Part shown: positions 1 through 9,777 of the stretch, piece after piece
Numbering within the stretch: position 1 is the stretch's first letter
Layout: the number at the start of each line of letters is the position of its first letter
Virus record (IMG/VR): IMGVR_UViG_3300046000_004279
Span: 32,001 to 96,000 of that record
Strand: one strand, 5' to 3'
Length of the DNA: 64,000 bases
Source of the DNA: a virus
Notes under the pieces: generated by a model
Databases searched by the model: none
Seen by the model: only the letters and a program-made list of their open reading frames with translations
Told to the model about the DNA's origin: nothing
Made by a program: the position numbers and the translations under genes

Positions 1-192
1 TATATAGATCAGGCGCAAAGTATCAACCTTATGCTTGATCCTGACACGCCAGTGAAGGAAATAAACGCTCTTTATTTGCTTGCGTGGGAACTTGGTATTA
101 AGAGTCTGTATTACAGTTTCTCAATGTCCAAAGCTCAATCACTAACACGTAAAAGAGTAATGAGTCAAGGTTGTGCAGCTTGCGAGGGTTAA
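1..192 (+). CDS. nrdA: Ribonucleotide reductase class I alpha subunit, C-terminal fragment (partial)
   Basis: Frame +1 reads [10 protein letters not shown]...[11 protein letters not shown]...GCAACEG*, the typical NrdA C-terminus (DQ.QS.N, KSLYY, terminal CxxC). Confidence 0.93.
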   Translation, partial: YIDQAQSINLMLDPDTPVKEINALYLLAWELGIKSLYYSFSMSKAQSLTRKRVMSQGCAACEG

Positions 193-330
193 ATGGAAGA
201 AGAATACTACGGTCTATGTGACAATTGTGATGTTGAGACACAGGTTATGGTAATGGACGAAGAGGAACCACCATTATATTGCCCAATGTGTGGTTGTGGT
301 TTAGAGTTCGAAGCATTAGCAGACGATTAA
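193..330 (+). CDS. Small zinc-ribbon protein (45 aa)
   Basis: MEEEYYGLCDNCD...YCPMCG... with two CxxC motifs; ATG follows the nrdA stop; below the ORF-track size cutoff. Confidence 0.7.
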   Translation: MEEEYYGLCDNCDVETQVMVMDEEEPPLYCPMCGCGLEFEALADD

Positions 331-341
331 TTAACTTGACT

Positions 342-372
342 AAATATCCCTGTGAAAGTGGGGATATTTTTC
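342..372 (+). promoter_or_regulatory. Hairpin sequestering the RBS of the GIY-YIG gene and overlapping a late-promoter-like ACTAAATA; could also be a terminator
   Basis: AAATATCCC-TGT-GAAA-GTG-GGGATATTT followed by T-rich tract; ATG at 375. Confidence 0.5.
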
Positions 373-374
373 TT

Positions 375-791
375 ATGTGGCATTATCAAGGCAAAGAATA
401 TAGTGAAACGCCAGAAGAATATCAAGGGTTTGTATATGAAATCCTTGAGATTGATACTGGAAAGCGTTACATTGGTAAGAAGTTCTTTTGGAAACCAAAA
501 ATCCTTCCGATAACGAAGACCCGCAAGAGACGTGTCAGAACACGTGCCGAATCAGATTGGCGAAGTTACTATGGATCTTCAACAGAAGTAAAATTCCTTG
601 TAGAACAAAAAGGTGTTGACAACTACACCAGAACTATGTTAAAGTTATGTAAGACGAAAGGTGAATGTTCTTACTATGAAGCAAAGTTACAATTTGAACA
701 TGACGTATTGCTTCGTGACGATTATTACAACGAGTTCATCGGTTGTAAGATCCATTCAAAACACCTAAGGAAAGATAATGATTCTAATTGA
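375..791 (+). CDS. GIY-YIG family endonuclease
   Basis: GFVY..I....TGKRYIGKK motif, conserved E (YYEAKLQ) and YYN; start moved to ATG 375. Confidence 0.8.
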   Translation: MWHYQGKEYSETPEEYQGFVYEILEIDTGKRYIGKKFFWKPKILPITKTRKRRVRTRAESDWRSYYGSSTEVKFLVEQKGVDNYTRTMLKLCKTKGECSYYEAKLQFEHDVLLRDDYYNEFIGCKIHSKHLRKDNDSN

Positions 792-1638
792 TTATAATGC
801 TATTGCTATTAGCAATATCGTGACACAGAAGATGGATTTGGATGAAAATCTAATTCGTCATATGATTCTTAACTCCATTCGCATGTACCGTAAGAAGTAC
901 TTTCGCGAGTTTGGTGAAATTGTTATCACAAGTGATGGCAGCAAGAACTGGCGTTATGAAGTATTTCCTCAATACAAATTCAAACGCAAAGATGCTCGTA
1001 AAGTGTCTAAGATCGATTGGCAAGAAGTATTCCGCATCACCAATAAGGTGTTTGATGAAATTCGTGAGAACTTCCCCTATAAGGTGGTTGTGCACGATGA
1101 GTGTGAAGCTGACGATGTGATCGCTCAGTTGGTTGTTAACTCTCAAGTTGACTTTGGTCATCAAGAGAAGGTGATGATCATTTCTTCTGACAAAGACTTT
1201 GGTCAGTTGCAGAAGTATTCCAATGTGAGTCAATACTCACCGATGTTGAAGAAAGAGATCGTGATTGTTAATCCTCGTAGGCACTTGCTTGAGTTAATCC
1301 TTCGTGGTGACCAATCAGACGGCATTCCTAACGTGTTATCAATTGATGATTCATTTACTGAAGGAGTTCGCCAGACACCTCTTCGTGAATCAAAGATCAA
1401 TGAGATTATGAAAGATCTTGACGATGGTGAGTTGTTGTATGCGGCTTCTTGGCATCGCAATTATCTTCGCAATAAAAAATTGATTGATCTTACAGAAACA
1501 CCATCTAACCTAAAACTAGAAATTATAAATAACTTTGAACAGCAAGGTGATAAGTCCGACAATAAGAAAAAAGTAATGAATTACTTAATTGTCAATGGAT
1601 GCATTAATCTAGTTGAAGTGATTGGAGACTTTATTTAA
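778..1638 (+). CDS. rnh: T4-type RNase H (5'-3' exonuclease)
   Basis: MILIDYN, WR...FPQYK..R, EADDVIA, SSDKDFGQL, GDQSDGIPN motifs. Confidence 0.93.
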   Translation: MILIDYNAIAISNIVTQKMDLDENLIRHMILNSIRMYRKKYFREFGEIVITSDGSKNWRYEVFPQYKFKRKDARKVSKIDWQEVFRITNKVFDEIRENFPYKVVVHDECEADDVIAQLVVNSQVDFGHQEKVMIISSDKDFGQLQKYSNVSQYSPMLKKEIVIVNPRRHLLELILRGDQSDGIPNVLSIDDSFTEGVRQTPLRESKINEIMKDLDDGELLYAASWHRNYLRNKKLIDLTETPSNLKLEIINNFEQQGDKSDNKKKVMNYLIVNGCINLVEVIGDFI

Positions 1639-2069
1639 TGGCTAACCCTGTAACAAAATATATTCATGAAGTGCTTGCACTTGTTGATAAGGCTACGACT
1701 AAAAAAGAGAAGATTGAAATTCTTCAGAACAATGACTCGATGGTTCTCAAAAACATCCTCATTGGTACATTCGACGAATCGCTCGAGTGGCTTCTTCCAG
1801 ATACACCGCCGCCATATGAACCATGCGATGGCCACAACGCACCATCTTCCCTAAAAAAACAATTGGACAACTTCACCTACTTTGTCAAAGGCGGTAAGGG
1901 TCAAGACCTGTTAAAAATCAAGCGTGAGATGATGTTCATCCGCTTGCTTGAATCTATTCATCCCGAAGACGCTAAGATTGTTGTCGCGATGATTGCGCGT
2001 AAGCTGCCAACCAAAGGTTTAACTAAAGCACTAGTAAAGGAGGCTTTCCCTAAACTACTTCGTAACTAA
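1638..2069 (+). CDS. Conserved hypothetical protein of T4-like phages
   Basis: 143-aa ORF coupled to rnh; KRE.MFI.LLE.IHP.DA motif. Confidence 0.7.
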   Translation: MANPVTKYIHEVLALVDKATTKKEKIEILQNNDSMVLKNILIGTFDESLEWLLPDTPPPYEPCDGHNAPSSLKKQLDNFTYFVKGGKGQDLLKIKREMMFIRLLESIHPEDAKIVVAMIARKLPTKGLTKALVKEAFPKLLRN

Positions 2070-2093
2070 GTTTTAAATAAAACAGGAGATTGC

Positions 2094-2255
2094 ATGACTG
2101 CTCAGCTCGAACGATTAATAGAAGATTCTAATCAACTCCAAACATATATAACGAAAGTCGAAAAAAAAGGTCGCAAGGATTTAGTACCCAAACTAAATCA
2201 AAAACTATACTTTTTAGACCAAACAATAGCTGAGTTTAGACAACAATTGCAATAA
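2094..2255 (+). CDS. Hypothetical protein (53 aa, coiled-coil-like)
   Basis: AGGAG RBS then MTAQLERLIEDSNQLQ...; not in ORF track. Confidence 0.6.
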   Translation: MTAQLERLIEDSNQLQTYITKVEKKGRKDLVPKLNQKLYFLDQTIAEFRQQLQ

Positions 2256-2310
2256 GGAGATACGCGAGTCGGTTAGTCACCCGACTAGCCGACTACTCAA
2301 GGGAAATATT

Positions 2311-2541
2311 ATGCCGACTTACAATATGAGAAATTTAGAAACTGATGAAGTACAAGAGATGTTTATGTCTCTTAGCGAACGGGAAAGTTTGCTTGCAACA
2401 GGTAAATTTAAACAAGAATTGGCTACTCCAAATTTTGTATCGATCACAGGCGGAACTTTATCAAAAACCAGCGGCGATTGGAAAAATTTAATGACCAAGA
2501 TTAAAAAAGAAGCTGGTCGGTCCAATACAGTAAAAGATTGA
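2311..2541 (+). CDS. FmdB-like small protein (Cys-less)
   Basis: MPTYNMRN..T.E..E start; usual position upstream of phoH. Confidence 0.6.
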   Translation: MPTYNMRNLETDEVQEMFMSLSERESLLATGKFKQELATPNFVSITGGTLSKTSGDWKNLMTKIKKEAGRSNTVKD

Positions 2542-2543
2542 TT

Positions 2544-3239
2544 ATGACAAAAAGAATTAAGGCGGCTCCGATTAACCCAACTGCGGAGTGGTTAGCAGAT
2601 ATCAAACCAATCACTGCAACGCAACAGAAGGTGTTTGATAGTTGGAACGATCAATACAATTTGGTTTTAGCTGGTTCAGCGGGCACAGGTAAGACATTCA
2701 TTGCAATGTATCTTGCATTGCGGGATCTGTTGAAGTATGAGTCAATCTACAACCAAATCGTGATTATTCGTTCAGTTGTCCCCACACGAGACATGGGCTT
2801 CTTGCCTGGCACTCAAAAGGAAAAAGAAGAAGCGTATCAATCTCCATACAAATCTATCTGTAATGAGTTGTTTGGTGATGCCGCTGCTTATGCAAAGCTT
2901 GCGGGAACACAAAAGATCCATTTTGAGTCAACATCGTTCATTCGCGGCTTGACTTTTAATGATAGTATCCTTATAGTAGATGAGATGCAGAACCTTAACT
3001 TTCATGAGTTGGATTCCGTCATCACGCGCGTAGGTAAGAACTGTAAGATCATATTCTGTGGTGACTATCGTCAGTCCGACTTCAAGAAAGATGAAGACAA
3101 GAATGGTATTCTATCGTTCCTATCAATCATTGAACACATGAATAACTTTGATATTATCAACTTCGGTTGGGAAGACATTGTTCGTTCAGGGCTTGTTAGA
3201 GACTATCTAATGACAAAAGAGATGTTAGGAATCGTGTAA
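2544..3239 (+). CDS. phoH: PhoH family ATPase
   Basis: GSAGTGKT, MGFLPG, FIRGLTF, IVDEMQNL, GDYRQSD, DIVRSGLV. Confidence 0.95.
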   Translation: MTKRIKAAPINPTAEWLADIKPITATQQKVFDSWNDQYNLVLAGSAGTGKTFIAMYLALRDLLKYESIYNQIVIIRSVVPTRDMGFLPGTQKEKEEAYQSPYKSICNELFGDAAAYAKLAGTQKIHFESTSFIRGLTFNDSILIVDEMQNLNFHELDSVITRVGKNCKIIFCGDYRQSDFKKDEDKNGILSFLSIIEHMNNFDIINFGWEDIVRSGLVRDYLMTKEMLGIV

Positions 3240-3487
3240 TGGTTATCATCTATGGTACGGAATGGTGCAGTTATTGCATCAGAGCAAAGAAGTTAGTTGA
3301 ACAATATCAGCTTGATTTTGAGTTCAAAGATGTGGATAATACTAATGTTGCACAACAATTGAAAGCACTGCTGCCCGATTACAAAACCATTCCTCAAATA
3401 TGGTGGCACGGGATCCATATCGGCGGATACGATAACTTTGTCCGTGAAGTTGAAAACACACGCAACTTTGCGCAAGATGGTTTCTGA
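3239..3487 (+). CDS. Glutaredoxin
   Basis: CSYC active site, TIPQI, IGGY. Confidence 0.9.
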   Translation: MVIIYGTEWCSYCIRAKKLVEQYQLDFEFKDVDNTNVAQQLKALLPDYKTIPQIWWHGIHIGGYDNFVREVENTRNFAQDGF

Positions 3488-3506
3488 AAGGTGAGATAAC
3501 TCTACT

Positions 3507-3689
3507 ATGGCTAAATTTGGTCGATTTGATCCCCACAATAAAAAACGGGATCAAGACAAGCAAAAGTCTTTACACAAAGACATCCGTATACACGAGAACG
3601 ATAAAGATCGAAGATTAAAGGGGTTTACTTACACCCCCGATGCTTACCTTGAACCAGTTGAAGAGGATTATTATGATTTTGAAGAATGA
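3507..3689 (+). CDS. Hypothetical protein
   Basis: 60-aa ORF, basic N-terminus and acidic C-terminus. Confidence 0.6.
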   Translation: MAKFGRFDPHNKKRDQDKQKSLHKDIRIHENDKDRRLKGFTYTPDAYLEPVEEDYYDFEE

Positions 3690-3903
3690 TATGTTTGAAC
3701 TGCTACAACTTCGCTTTGAATGGGAAGAAATTGCCCGTACTTTCAAATTAAGTGATAGATCTGGGCACCTAGATAATCTGAAGAGATTTGTACATGTGGG
3801 GCATAAAGCCAATCGCTTTCGTGATGGATATGACCGCGCTGTGGAGATTGCTAACTTGATTATTGCGAGGTGTCCAAATGAACGCGAAGAGATTACAACC
3901 TGA
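3673..3903 (+). CDS. Hypothetical protein
   Basis: GAGGA RBS, ATG 3673 in track ORF. Confidence 0.6.
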   Translation: MILKNDMFELLQLRFEWEEIARTFKLSDRSGHLDNLKRFVHVGHKANRFRDGYDRAVEIANLIIARCPNEREEITT

Positions 3904-4174
3904 TCTAAATTCAGATGGGTTACTAACAGACTCAGAGCTCAGTCGATCAGAACGGTTGACTGAGCTTGACATTAGAAACGAAAAAGCAGACGCACAGAAA
4001 CAAATGGCATGGGTAGCAATGTTCTCCATGATAGTGTTTACTGTTGTACTGTTTAGCCCTATGCTATCGGATAGTAGAGTGCAAGCTCTTGCCGATTTGT
4101 TAGGGCTTTTTTACATTGCACAGGCTGGTGTGGTCGGTGCTTACTTTGGAATGACTGCATGGATGAGTAAATGA
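3878..4174 (+). CDS. Two-TM membrane protein (holin-like candidate)
   Basis: GAGGT RBS; two hydrophobic segments. Confidence 0.55.
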   Translation: MNAKRLQPDLNSDGLLTDSELSRSERLTELDIRNEKADAQKQMAWVAMFSMIVFTVVLFSPMLSDSRVQALADLLGLFYIAQAGVVGAYFGMTAWMSK

Positions 4175-4947
4175 AAAGACTAATTTATCAAGTATATGTT
4201 GGCAAGAAATCAGCGTTGTATGATCACTGTACGACATCAGTAAAAGAATACTGCAAGCGTCACGGCATTGATTATGTTGTGCAGCGAACACCTATTCTGT
4301 TTATCAGACCAGATCCGTTTATGACAGGTCGTAGCAAAGAAGCTACTGATCGTCTTGGGTATCTGCCAATCTTTGAGAAAGAAAATGCATTCACATATCT
4401 TAAAAGTTATGACCAAGTTGCGATTATTGATAGTGATATTTTTATTCGCCCTGACGCTCCCAATATTTTTGATAGTATTGACCCATCAGCTGATTTCGCT
4501 GGTGTGGTAGAACGTGAGATGCCAATTACACCTCACTATGTCACTAAGATTGTAAACTATTCTCGTATGCAATACTCTTCTATTCGTAATGTTGATTGGA
4601 AGTGGAATGATCGTGGTGGTGAGTTTATCAACATGGGTGTGATGGTAATGAACAAGTCGATTTCAAAGTATCTCAACAACGAGACGCCTAAACAATTCTT
4701 AAATCGCCCAAGGTTCAAAGCGTTTGTTGATGGTCAAGGCCCATGGAAGTGGTCAACGGATCAAACCTTGCTAAACACTTGGATTAAAGAAGAGAAAATG
4801 AATGTTCATCATCTTGATTGGCGATTTAATGGGTTGTATACTGCAAACACTAACATCAAAGAATGCCATTTCGTCCACTTCTTCTTGAAGGACAAGCTGC
4901 CCAATCGTGGTGAGGATGTTGAACAATTGATGAAGGATATCCAATGA
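4171..4947 (+). CDS. GT-A fold glycosyltransferase (GT8/GT34-like)
   Basis: IIDSDIFI DxD motif, INMGVMV, DQTLLN, HFVHF. Confidence 0.8.
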   Translation: MKRLIYQVYVGKKSALYDHCTTSVKEYCKRHGIDYVVQRTPILFIRPDPFMTGRSKEATDRLGYLPIFEKENAFTYLKSYDQVAIIDSDIFIRPDAPNIFDSIDPSADFAGVVEREMPITPHYVTKIVNYSRMQYSSIRNVDWKWNDRGGEFINMGVMVMNKSISKYLNNETPKQFLNRPRFKAFVDGQGPWKWSTDQTLLNTWIKEEKMNVHHLDWRFNGLYTANTNIKECHFVHFFLKDKLPNRGEDVEQLMKDIQ

Positions 4948-5750
4948 AGCATATTGCATTAAGAGCTAAAAGTGTTCGCAATTCAAACAACGCGTTCACA
5001 GCAACTGGGCTTGGTGATAGGATCCACTCTGTTACTCTTGCTTGGTGTTATAGTAGAGCTCACAATACACCTGTGACAATTCACTTGACTAGAAGCAAAC
5101 AAATTGGTGGTCAGTTTGATAACAAGAAACAATCTTGGCAAGAGATATTAACACTATTTCCTGTTGGATCTGTGTCAATCGGATATCACGATTATGAACC
5201 AACCGATGAGTTTGATTGGATTCAATATCTTAAAAATCAAGGAATTGATGCAGAGATATTTTGGTATAAAGATCACCCAGGACCCCAAGAAACTCCTACG
5301 AAGTTGGACATCTCAGAATATCTAACTAAGGATATTCCGCTGTTGAAAGCAGATCCCGTCGACATGCAGCTGCCCGAACGGTTTGTTACGTGTCAGTGGG
5401 ACTCAAATGATCGATCTCGCACTTTAAAGCCTCATCTTCGTGGAATGGTGATGGACAACTACAGGCGTCAAGGCTACGAGGTTGTTACTGTGGGTGGTGA
5501 GTCATCGGACAAAGATCTTAATTGGTCTTTGAAACATATTGCATATGCTATGTCAAAAGCTGACATGCATGTGGGTGTTGATTCTGCATTTATGCACATG
5601 GCTTTTTTGTATAACCCATATAAAAAGATCAACCTATATAATGAGCCAAATGGGTTTTACTCACACCATGCGCGTAGAGCAATTGACAACGGTGTCAAGC
5701 TCAACCAATACTACACTCCAATTCGTTTACCAGATGGAACCATATTATGA
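4944..5750 (+). CDS. GT-B glycosyltransferase (GT9 heptosyltransferase-like)
   Basis: GLGDRI N-terminal motif and ADMHVGVDSAFMHMA. Confidence 0.7.
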   Translation: MKHIALRAKSVRNSNNAFTATGLGDRIHSVTLAWCYSRAHNTPVTIHLTRSKQIGGQFDNKKQSWQEILTLFPVGSVSIGYHDYEPTDEFDWIQYLKNQGIDAEIFWYKDHPGPQETPTKLDISEYLTKDIPLLKADPVDMQLPERFVTCQWDSNDRSRTLKPHLRGMVMDNYRRQGYEVVTVGGESSDKDLNWSLKHIAYAMSKADMHVGVDSAFMHMAFLYNPYKKINLYNEPNGFYSHHARRAIDNGVKLNQYYTPIRLPDGTIL

Positions 5751-6109
5751 CATTGACAGTATTGACAGTCCCTATTAGTGTAGGTGATTTTATTGATCGC
5801 CTAAGTATCTTAACAATTAAAAACAACAAAGATCTTCCTGTATCGGATGAACTTGAACAATATGAACAACAATTTGCAGAGTTGTCTGCGTATTCGCGAT
5901 TCCATTACCTTGAAATGTTTTTAGCTGTCAATGCTCAGTTATGGGGATTGGAAGACCGAAAGCGCAGCAAGTTGCTTGAGGTTGGTTCAGAAGAATATGT
6001 AGAAGTATCTGAATTAATCACACATCTAAACGATCTAAGGTTCCAAATTAAAAAGAGCGCTGACAAATACTTTGGAAGTGCCATCTCAGAAAAGAAATCC
6101 CATGAGTGA
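5747..6109 (+). CDS. Conserved hypothetical protein (DUF6165-like)
   Basis: PISVGDFIDRLSILTIK, VN.QLW.LED, ND.R..IK, EKKS. Confidence 0.6.
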   Translation: MTLTVLTVPISVGDFIDRLSILTIKNNKDLPVSDELEQYEQQFAELSAYSRFHYLEMFLAVNAQLWGLEDRKRSKLLEVGSEEYVEVSELITHLNDLRFQIKKSADKYFGSAISEKKSHE

Positions 6110-6731
6110 ACACCTAGCAGCACTATTCAACAAGTATGAATGCGACAAAGCGTCTAAGCACAAGTATCATACTGTATATGGTCCTGAGCTAGAACACTTA
6201 CGACTTTCAGCGTATCCAATCAACATTCTTGAGGTTGGTGTGTTCAAAGGTGCAAGCACTGCTGCATGGCTTGAATACTTTCCTCATGCCACAATCTATT
6301 GTCTTGATATCTTCACTCGCGTTGACCCAAAAGACATTCCAGTGTTGAATGATCCTCGTGTCAAGTGGTTGAAAGGTGACTCAACTAACCTTGATGTGAT
6401 CACAAGTATCAAAGAGGCTTGGCCACGTATTCGGTTTGATGTTATTATTGACGATGGTCTTCACACCCCTCGTGCAAATGCTAGTACACTAGGTAACTTG
6501 TTTGGTTTACTGAAGGTAAACGGTGTTTACTTTATTGAAGATGTTTGGGCTCTTGATCAAATGACTAACAAACAACTTTCACACTATTGGATTCAAAATC
6601 ACAGTAGTGACTTGAATCTGCTTGAGAACCAGCAGTTCTTAAATGTGTTGGCTGACAAAACGGTAACACGTTTTGATCTACGAGAAGAAACAAAACACGC
6701 TGACAGCTACATTATTAAAGTGACAAAATGA
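6102..6731 (+). CDS. Class I SAM-dependent methyltransferase (sugar O-MTase-like)
   Basis: DK...H.Y, ILEVGVFKGAS, FDVIIDDGLH, GVYFIEDV. Confidence 0.85.
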   Translation: MSEHLAALFNKYECDKASKHKYHTVYGPELEHLRLSAYPINILEVGVFKGASTAAWLEYFPHATIYCLDIFTRVDPKDIPVLNDPRVKWLKGDSTNLDVITSIKEAWPRIRFDVIIDDGLHTPRANASTLGNLFGLLKVNGVYFIEDVWALDQMTNKQLSHYWIQNHSSDLNLLENQQFLNVLADKTVTRFDLREETKHADSYIIKVTK

Positions 6732-7420
6732 AAGCAGTATCAATCGTTATCAAAGACAATGCAGTCTCCGAGTTTGGATATTCCAGACTCGTAGAATCTT
6801 CTCAATCTGTTGATAATTATTTTGATATTGTAAGGTATGATGCTATCACGCCCGACAAGGTCGATAACTTCATGGAGATCTCAGGTATCAAATGGAATTA
6901 TCCTTGGGAGGGTGAGGTGGTTGACTTTGCTACTGGGTTAAAGAAGTCTGCATATAAGACAGTGAATCCAAAGGCGAGAATGGCGTGCGCTTGCAGTCAC
7001 TACAGTTTGTGGCAGGAAAGTTCTACAACCAATACCACAATGTTAATCCTTGAGCATGATGCTTACTTTACCAACAAGATTGATTTTGATCCCAAAGATA
7101 TCAAGGCAGATATTCTTGGAATCAACAATCCTCTTGGTGCAACTCGTAAGTCGCAACTTTACTATGATATGATTATGGAGTCTGCCGCAAGTTATCAACT
7201 TGCCCCATGGATTGACAATGTGTATGTGCCTCAAGGGCTTGCTGGTAACTCTGCCTACATAATAAAACCTAGTGGTGCTAAGCACTTGATTGAAATAGTT
7301 AAACAATACGGTCTGTGGCCGAATGACGCTATCATGTGTCGCCAACTTGTTCCAAGACTAGGCGTCACTCGCAAGTTTTACACCAACATTCAAGGATTGA
7401 AGAGCACAACATCATTATGA
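6728..7420 (+). CDS. Glycosyltransferase family 25-like
   Basis: ACACSHYSLW, LILEHDA, AYIIKPSGA..L. Confidence 0.8.
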   Translation: MKAVSIVIKDNAVSEFGYSRLVESSQSVDNYFDIVRYDAITPDKVDNFMEISGIKWNYPWEGEVVDFATGLKKSAYKTVNPKARMACACSHYSLWQESSTTNTTMLILEHDAYFTNKIDFDPKDIKADILGINNPLGATRKSQLYYDMIMESAASYQLAPWIDNVYVPQGLAGNSAYIIKPSGAKHLIEIVKQYGLWPNDAIMCRQLVPRLGVTRKFYTNIQGLKSTTSL

Positions 7421-8061
7421 AAAATTATGTAATTACGATCATTGATAACAAGAAATCGATTGAGGCTGCAGATCGTTGCATTGACTCTGGCGTAAAGCAA
7501 GGAATGTTAATTCAAAACTTCCGAGCAATCACTCCTCGTGATCCTATACGAGACATCTTGAAAAAACAAGGCATCTCTGATCAAGGATTTAAAGAGAAAT
7601 TCTCACGACTTGATAATTGCATTTCAGCATTCTTGTCACACTATGCATTGTGGAATCAATGTGCATTGGGTAAAGAAGAGTTTCAGATTTTCGAGCATGA
7701 TGCTATAATTGTCAATCAAATTCCAGAATTTATTGACTACAAGTATTGCATCTCTCTTGGAAAACCATCGTATGGTAAGTATCAAACACCAAACAACATA
7801 GGTGTCAATACTTTAACGTCTAAGCGGTATTTCCCGGGGGCACACGCGTATAGACTTAAACCAGCTGGTGCTAGACTACTAATTGCTCAAGCAAAGGTTC
7901 TGGCGCGCCCTACGGACATTTTCTTGACCCTAGATACTTTCCCATGGCTAGAAGAATACTATCCTTGGCCAGTTGAAGCTCACGATACGTTCTCAACGAT
8001 TCAACGGGCAGAAGGTTGTCTAGCAAAACATAACTATAGCGATAAATATGAAATCATTTGA
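7417..8061 (+). CDS. Glycosyltransferase family 25-like
   Basis: AFLSHYALW, IFEHDA, GAHAYRLKPAGA..L. Confidence 0.8.
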   Translation: MKNYVITIIDNKKSIEAADRCIDSGVKQGMLIQNFRAITPRDPIRDILKKQGISDQGFKEKFSRLDNCISAFLSHYALWNQCALGKEEFQIFEHDAIIVNQIPEFIDYKYCISLGKPSYGKYQTPNNIGVNTLTSKRYFPGAHAYRLKPAGARLLIAQAKVLARPTDIFLTLDTFPWLEEYYPWPVEAHDTFSTIQRAEGCLAKHNYSDKYEII

Positions 8062-8698
8062 TAAAGTGTTCCTCACGGGATGTGACAGTAAAACTGAGTG
8101 GATGTTACCTTGGTTTTTGAAAAACTTCAATAAACATAACAAAACCCCAATAGTGTTTGCAGACTTCGGTGTAAGTGAACAGGGTCTTAACTACGCATCG
8201 TCTTGTGCTAGTGTTATTGATATGACGTCTACAGGTGGTCAAGGGTGGTTTAAAAAACCTCAATCTATGATTGAAGCTTCAAAACTTTCTCATAAAGTTT
8301 GTTGGATAGATACTGACTGTCATATACTTGCGGATCTAAAAGGTGTGTTTGACCTAATAGAACCAAACAAACTAGCAATGGTTGAAGACATTCCATGGTC
8401 AAAACGCAGACAAGAAGTGTGGCACAATACAGGTGTTGTAGCGTTTGAAGACCGCCCGTTGATCTTGGATGAGTGGTTTAAAGCTGTCAAATCCAATCCT
8501 GTTCAAGGTGACCAAGAAGTATTACATACGATCCTAAGAAAGGATCTTAAACGTCAAATAAACACAACATCATTACCACAAGAATACAACTGGCTTCGTT
8601 TGATGTTGCAAGATGGTGTTGATAGTAAAAAAAAGAAAGTGATGCATTGGACAGGTCCAAAAGGCAAAGAATATATCAAAGGTATTGTTAATGACTAG
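8048..8698 (+). CDS. GT-A fold glycosyltransferase
   Basis: WFKKP, WIDTDC DxD, NTGVV, GDQEVL, MHWTG. Confidence 0.75.
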   Translation: MKSFDKVFLTGCDSKTEWMLPWFLKNFNKHNKTPIVFADFGVSEQGLNYASSCASVIDMTSTGGQGWFKKPQSMIEASKLSHKVCWIDTDCHILADLKGVFDLIEPNKLAMVEDIPWSKRRQEVWHNTGVVAFEDRPLILDEWFKAVKSNPVQGDQEVLHTILRKDLKRQINTTSLPQEYNWLRLMLQDGVDSKKKKVMHWTGPKGKEYIKGIVND

Positions 8699-9284
8699 AA
8701 CTGCTCATGTGATTGGAAATGGTGATAGCGCTTCAAGGTATAATCCCGCTAAAGGGTTCAAGATTACTTGTAACCTTCCACCATTCGCTGTAGAGAATGT
8801 TTATGCTAGCTGCATAGTCGATTTCAAGATGATGAATGCAATCAAAGAAGGTAGCGTAATCGTCCCAGGAGAATGGGTACTTGGTGCAAGACCTAAGAAA
8901 TTTATGGAGTTAAATCCTCAGTTTAATTTGAAGTATGCCAATCAAGTAAAAGAATACTATGATGTACTACCAAAGTATGCTGGTAACTATACAAACTTCA
9001 ACTGTGGTCACATGGCTGTTCACTATTCGGCAAACAAACTGAAGTGTGATGAGATCCACATGTATGGGTTCGATTCGATCTTTGACTTCAATCTTCGTAG
9101 TTCTAGTGACCTATACCTTGTAAGCGATAGAGAAGCAAACAACAGTCTCAGACTTTCCAACAACTGGCGTCCTATCTGGCAAGATATGTTCAAAGAGTTT
9201 CCCAACACTAAGTTTGTCCTTCATCATAAACACAATCAAATCAAGTTTCCTGTTGGAAAAAATGTTGAGATCGTTACAAATTAG
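8691..9284 (+). CDS. Sialyltransferase/Maf-like glycosyltransferase
   Basis: AHVIGNGDS, NCGHMA, EIHMYGFD. Confidence 0.55.
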   Translation: MTRTAHVIGNGDSASRYNPAKGFKITCNLPPFAVENVYASCIVDFKMMNAIKEGSVIVPGEWVLGARPKKFMELNPQFNLKYANQVKEYYDVLPKYAGNYTNFNCGHMAVHYSANKLKCDEIHMYGFDSIFDFNLRSSSDLYLVSDREANNSLRLSNNWRPIWQDMFKEFPNTKFVLHHKHNQIKFPVGKNVEIVTN

Positions 9285-9287
9285 GGC

Positions 9288-9315
9288 TTGACTTTTCCGA
9301 CAAACACTGTATAAT
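9288..9315 (+). promoter_or_regulatory. Sigma70-type early promoter
   Basis: TTGACT-N16-TATAAT. Confidence 0.7.
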
Positions 9316-9346
9316 AAAGCTGTGATTGTTAACGAGGGTCAATAAC

Positions 9347-9736
9347 ATGATCTACACGGTTGAAGGCGGAACCAAAGCTCAGCGTAAGGTTGTCGATTCG
9401 GCAATGTCTTATGTAGTGCATATACTTAAAATCCCAAATAAAGTTCATGTTGAAATTGTTCTTGGAAAGTTTATCTCTCACGGGGTGCGAGAAGATAGCA
9501 AGAACAGCTTTGAAATTGAAATTTGCAAAGATGTGAATGATGCAGAGATCGCTTACACAGTATTCCACGAGATGAAGCATGTTGAACAACTAGCTAGTGG
9601 ACGATTGCGCCATCAGGGATTTATTACGTTTTGGGAAGGTAAAGACATGCCTCTTACTGAGTACCACCAGCGCCCTTGGGAAATTGAAGCATTTAAATTT
9701 GAGAAAAATGCCGATTCTATCTTGACATTTGTTTAG
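9347..9736 (+). CDS. Zincin-like metallopeptidase
   Basis: HEMKHVEQ (HExxH) and PWEIEA. Confidence 0.75.
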   Translation: MIYTVEGGTKAQRKVVDSAMSYVVHILKIPNKVHVEIVLGKFISHGVREDSKNSFEIEICKDVNDAEIAYTVFHEMKHVEQLASGRLRHQGFITFWEGKDMPLTEYHQRPWEIEAFKFEKNADSILTFV

Positions 9737-9750
9737 AGATGTACTATATT
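9722..9750 (+). promoter_or_regulatory. Sigma70-type early promoter
   Basis: TTGACA-N17-TATATT. Confidence 0.75.
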
Positions 9751-9777
9751 AATAGTATGAACAAAGGAGAGATCACA

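Noticed and set aside
2267-2294. 12-bp hairpin AGTCGGTTAGTC/GACTAGCCGACT before the FmdB-like gene
   Set aside because: No U tract or other context; function cannot be supported
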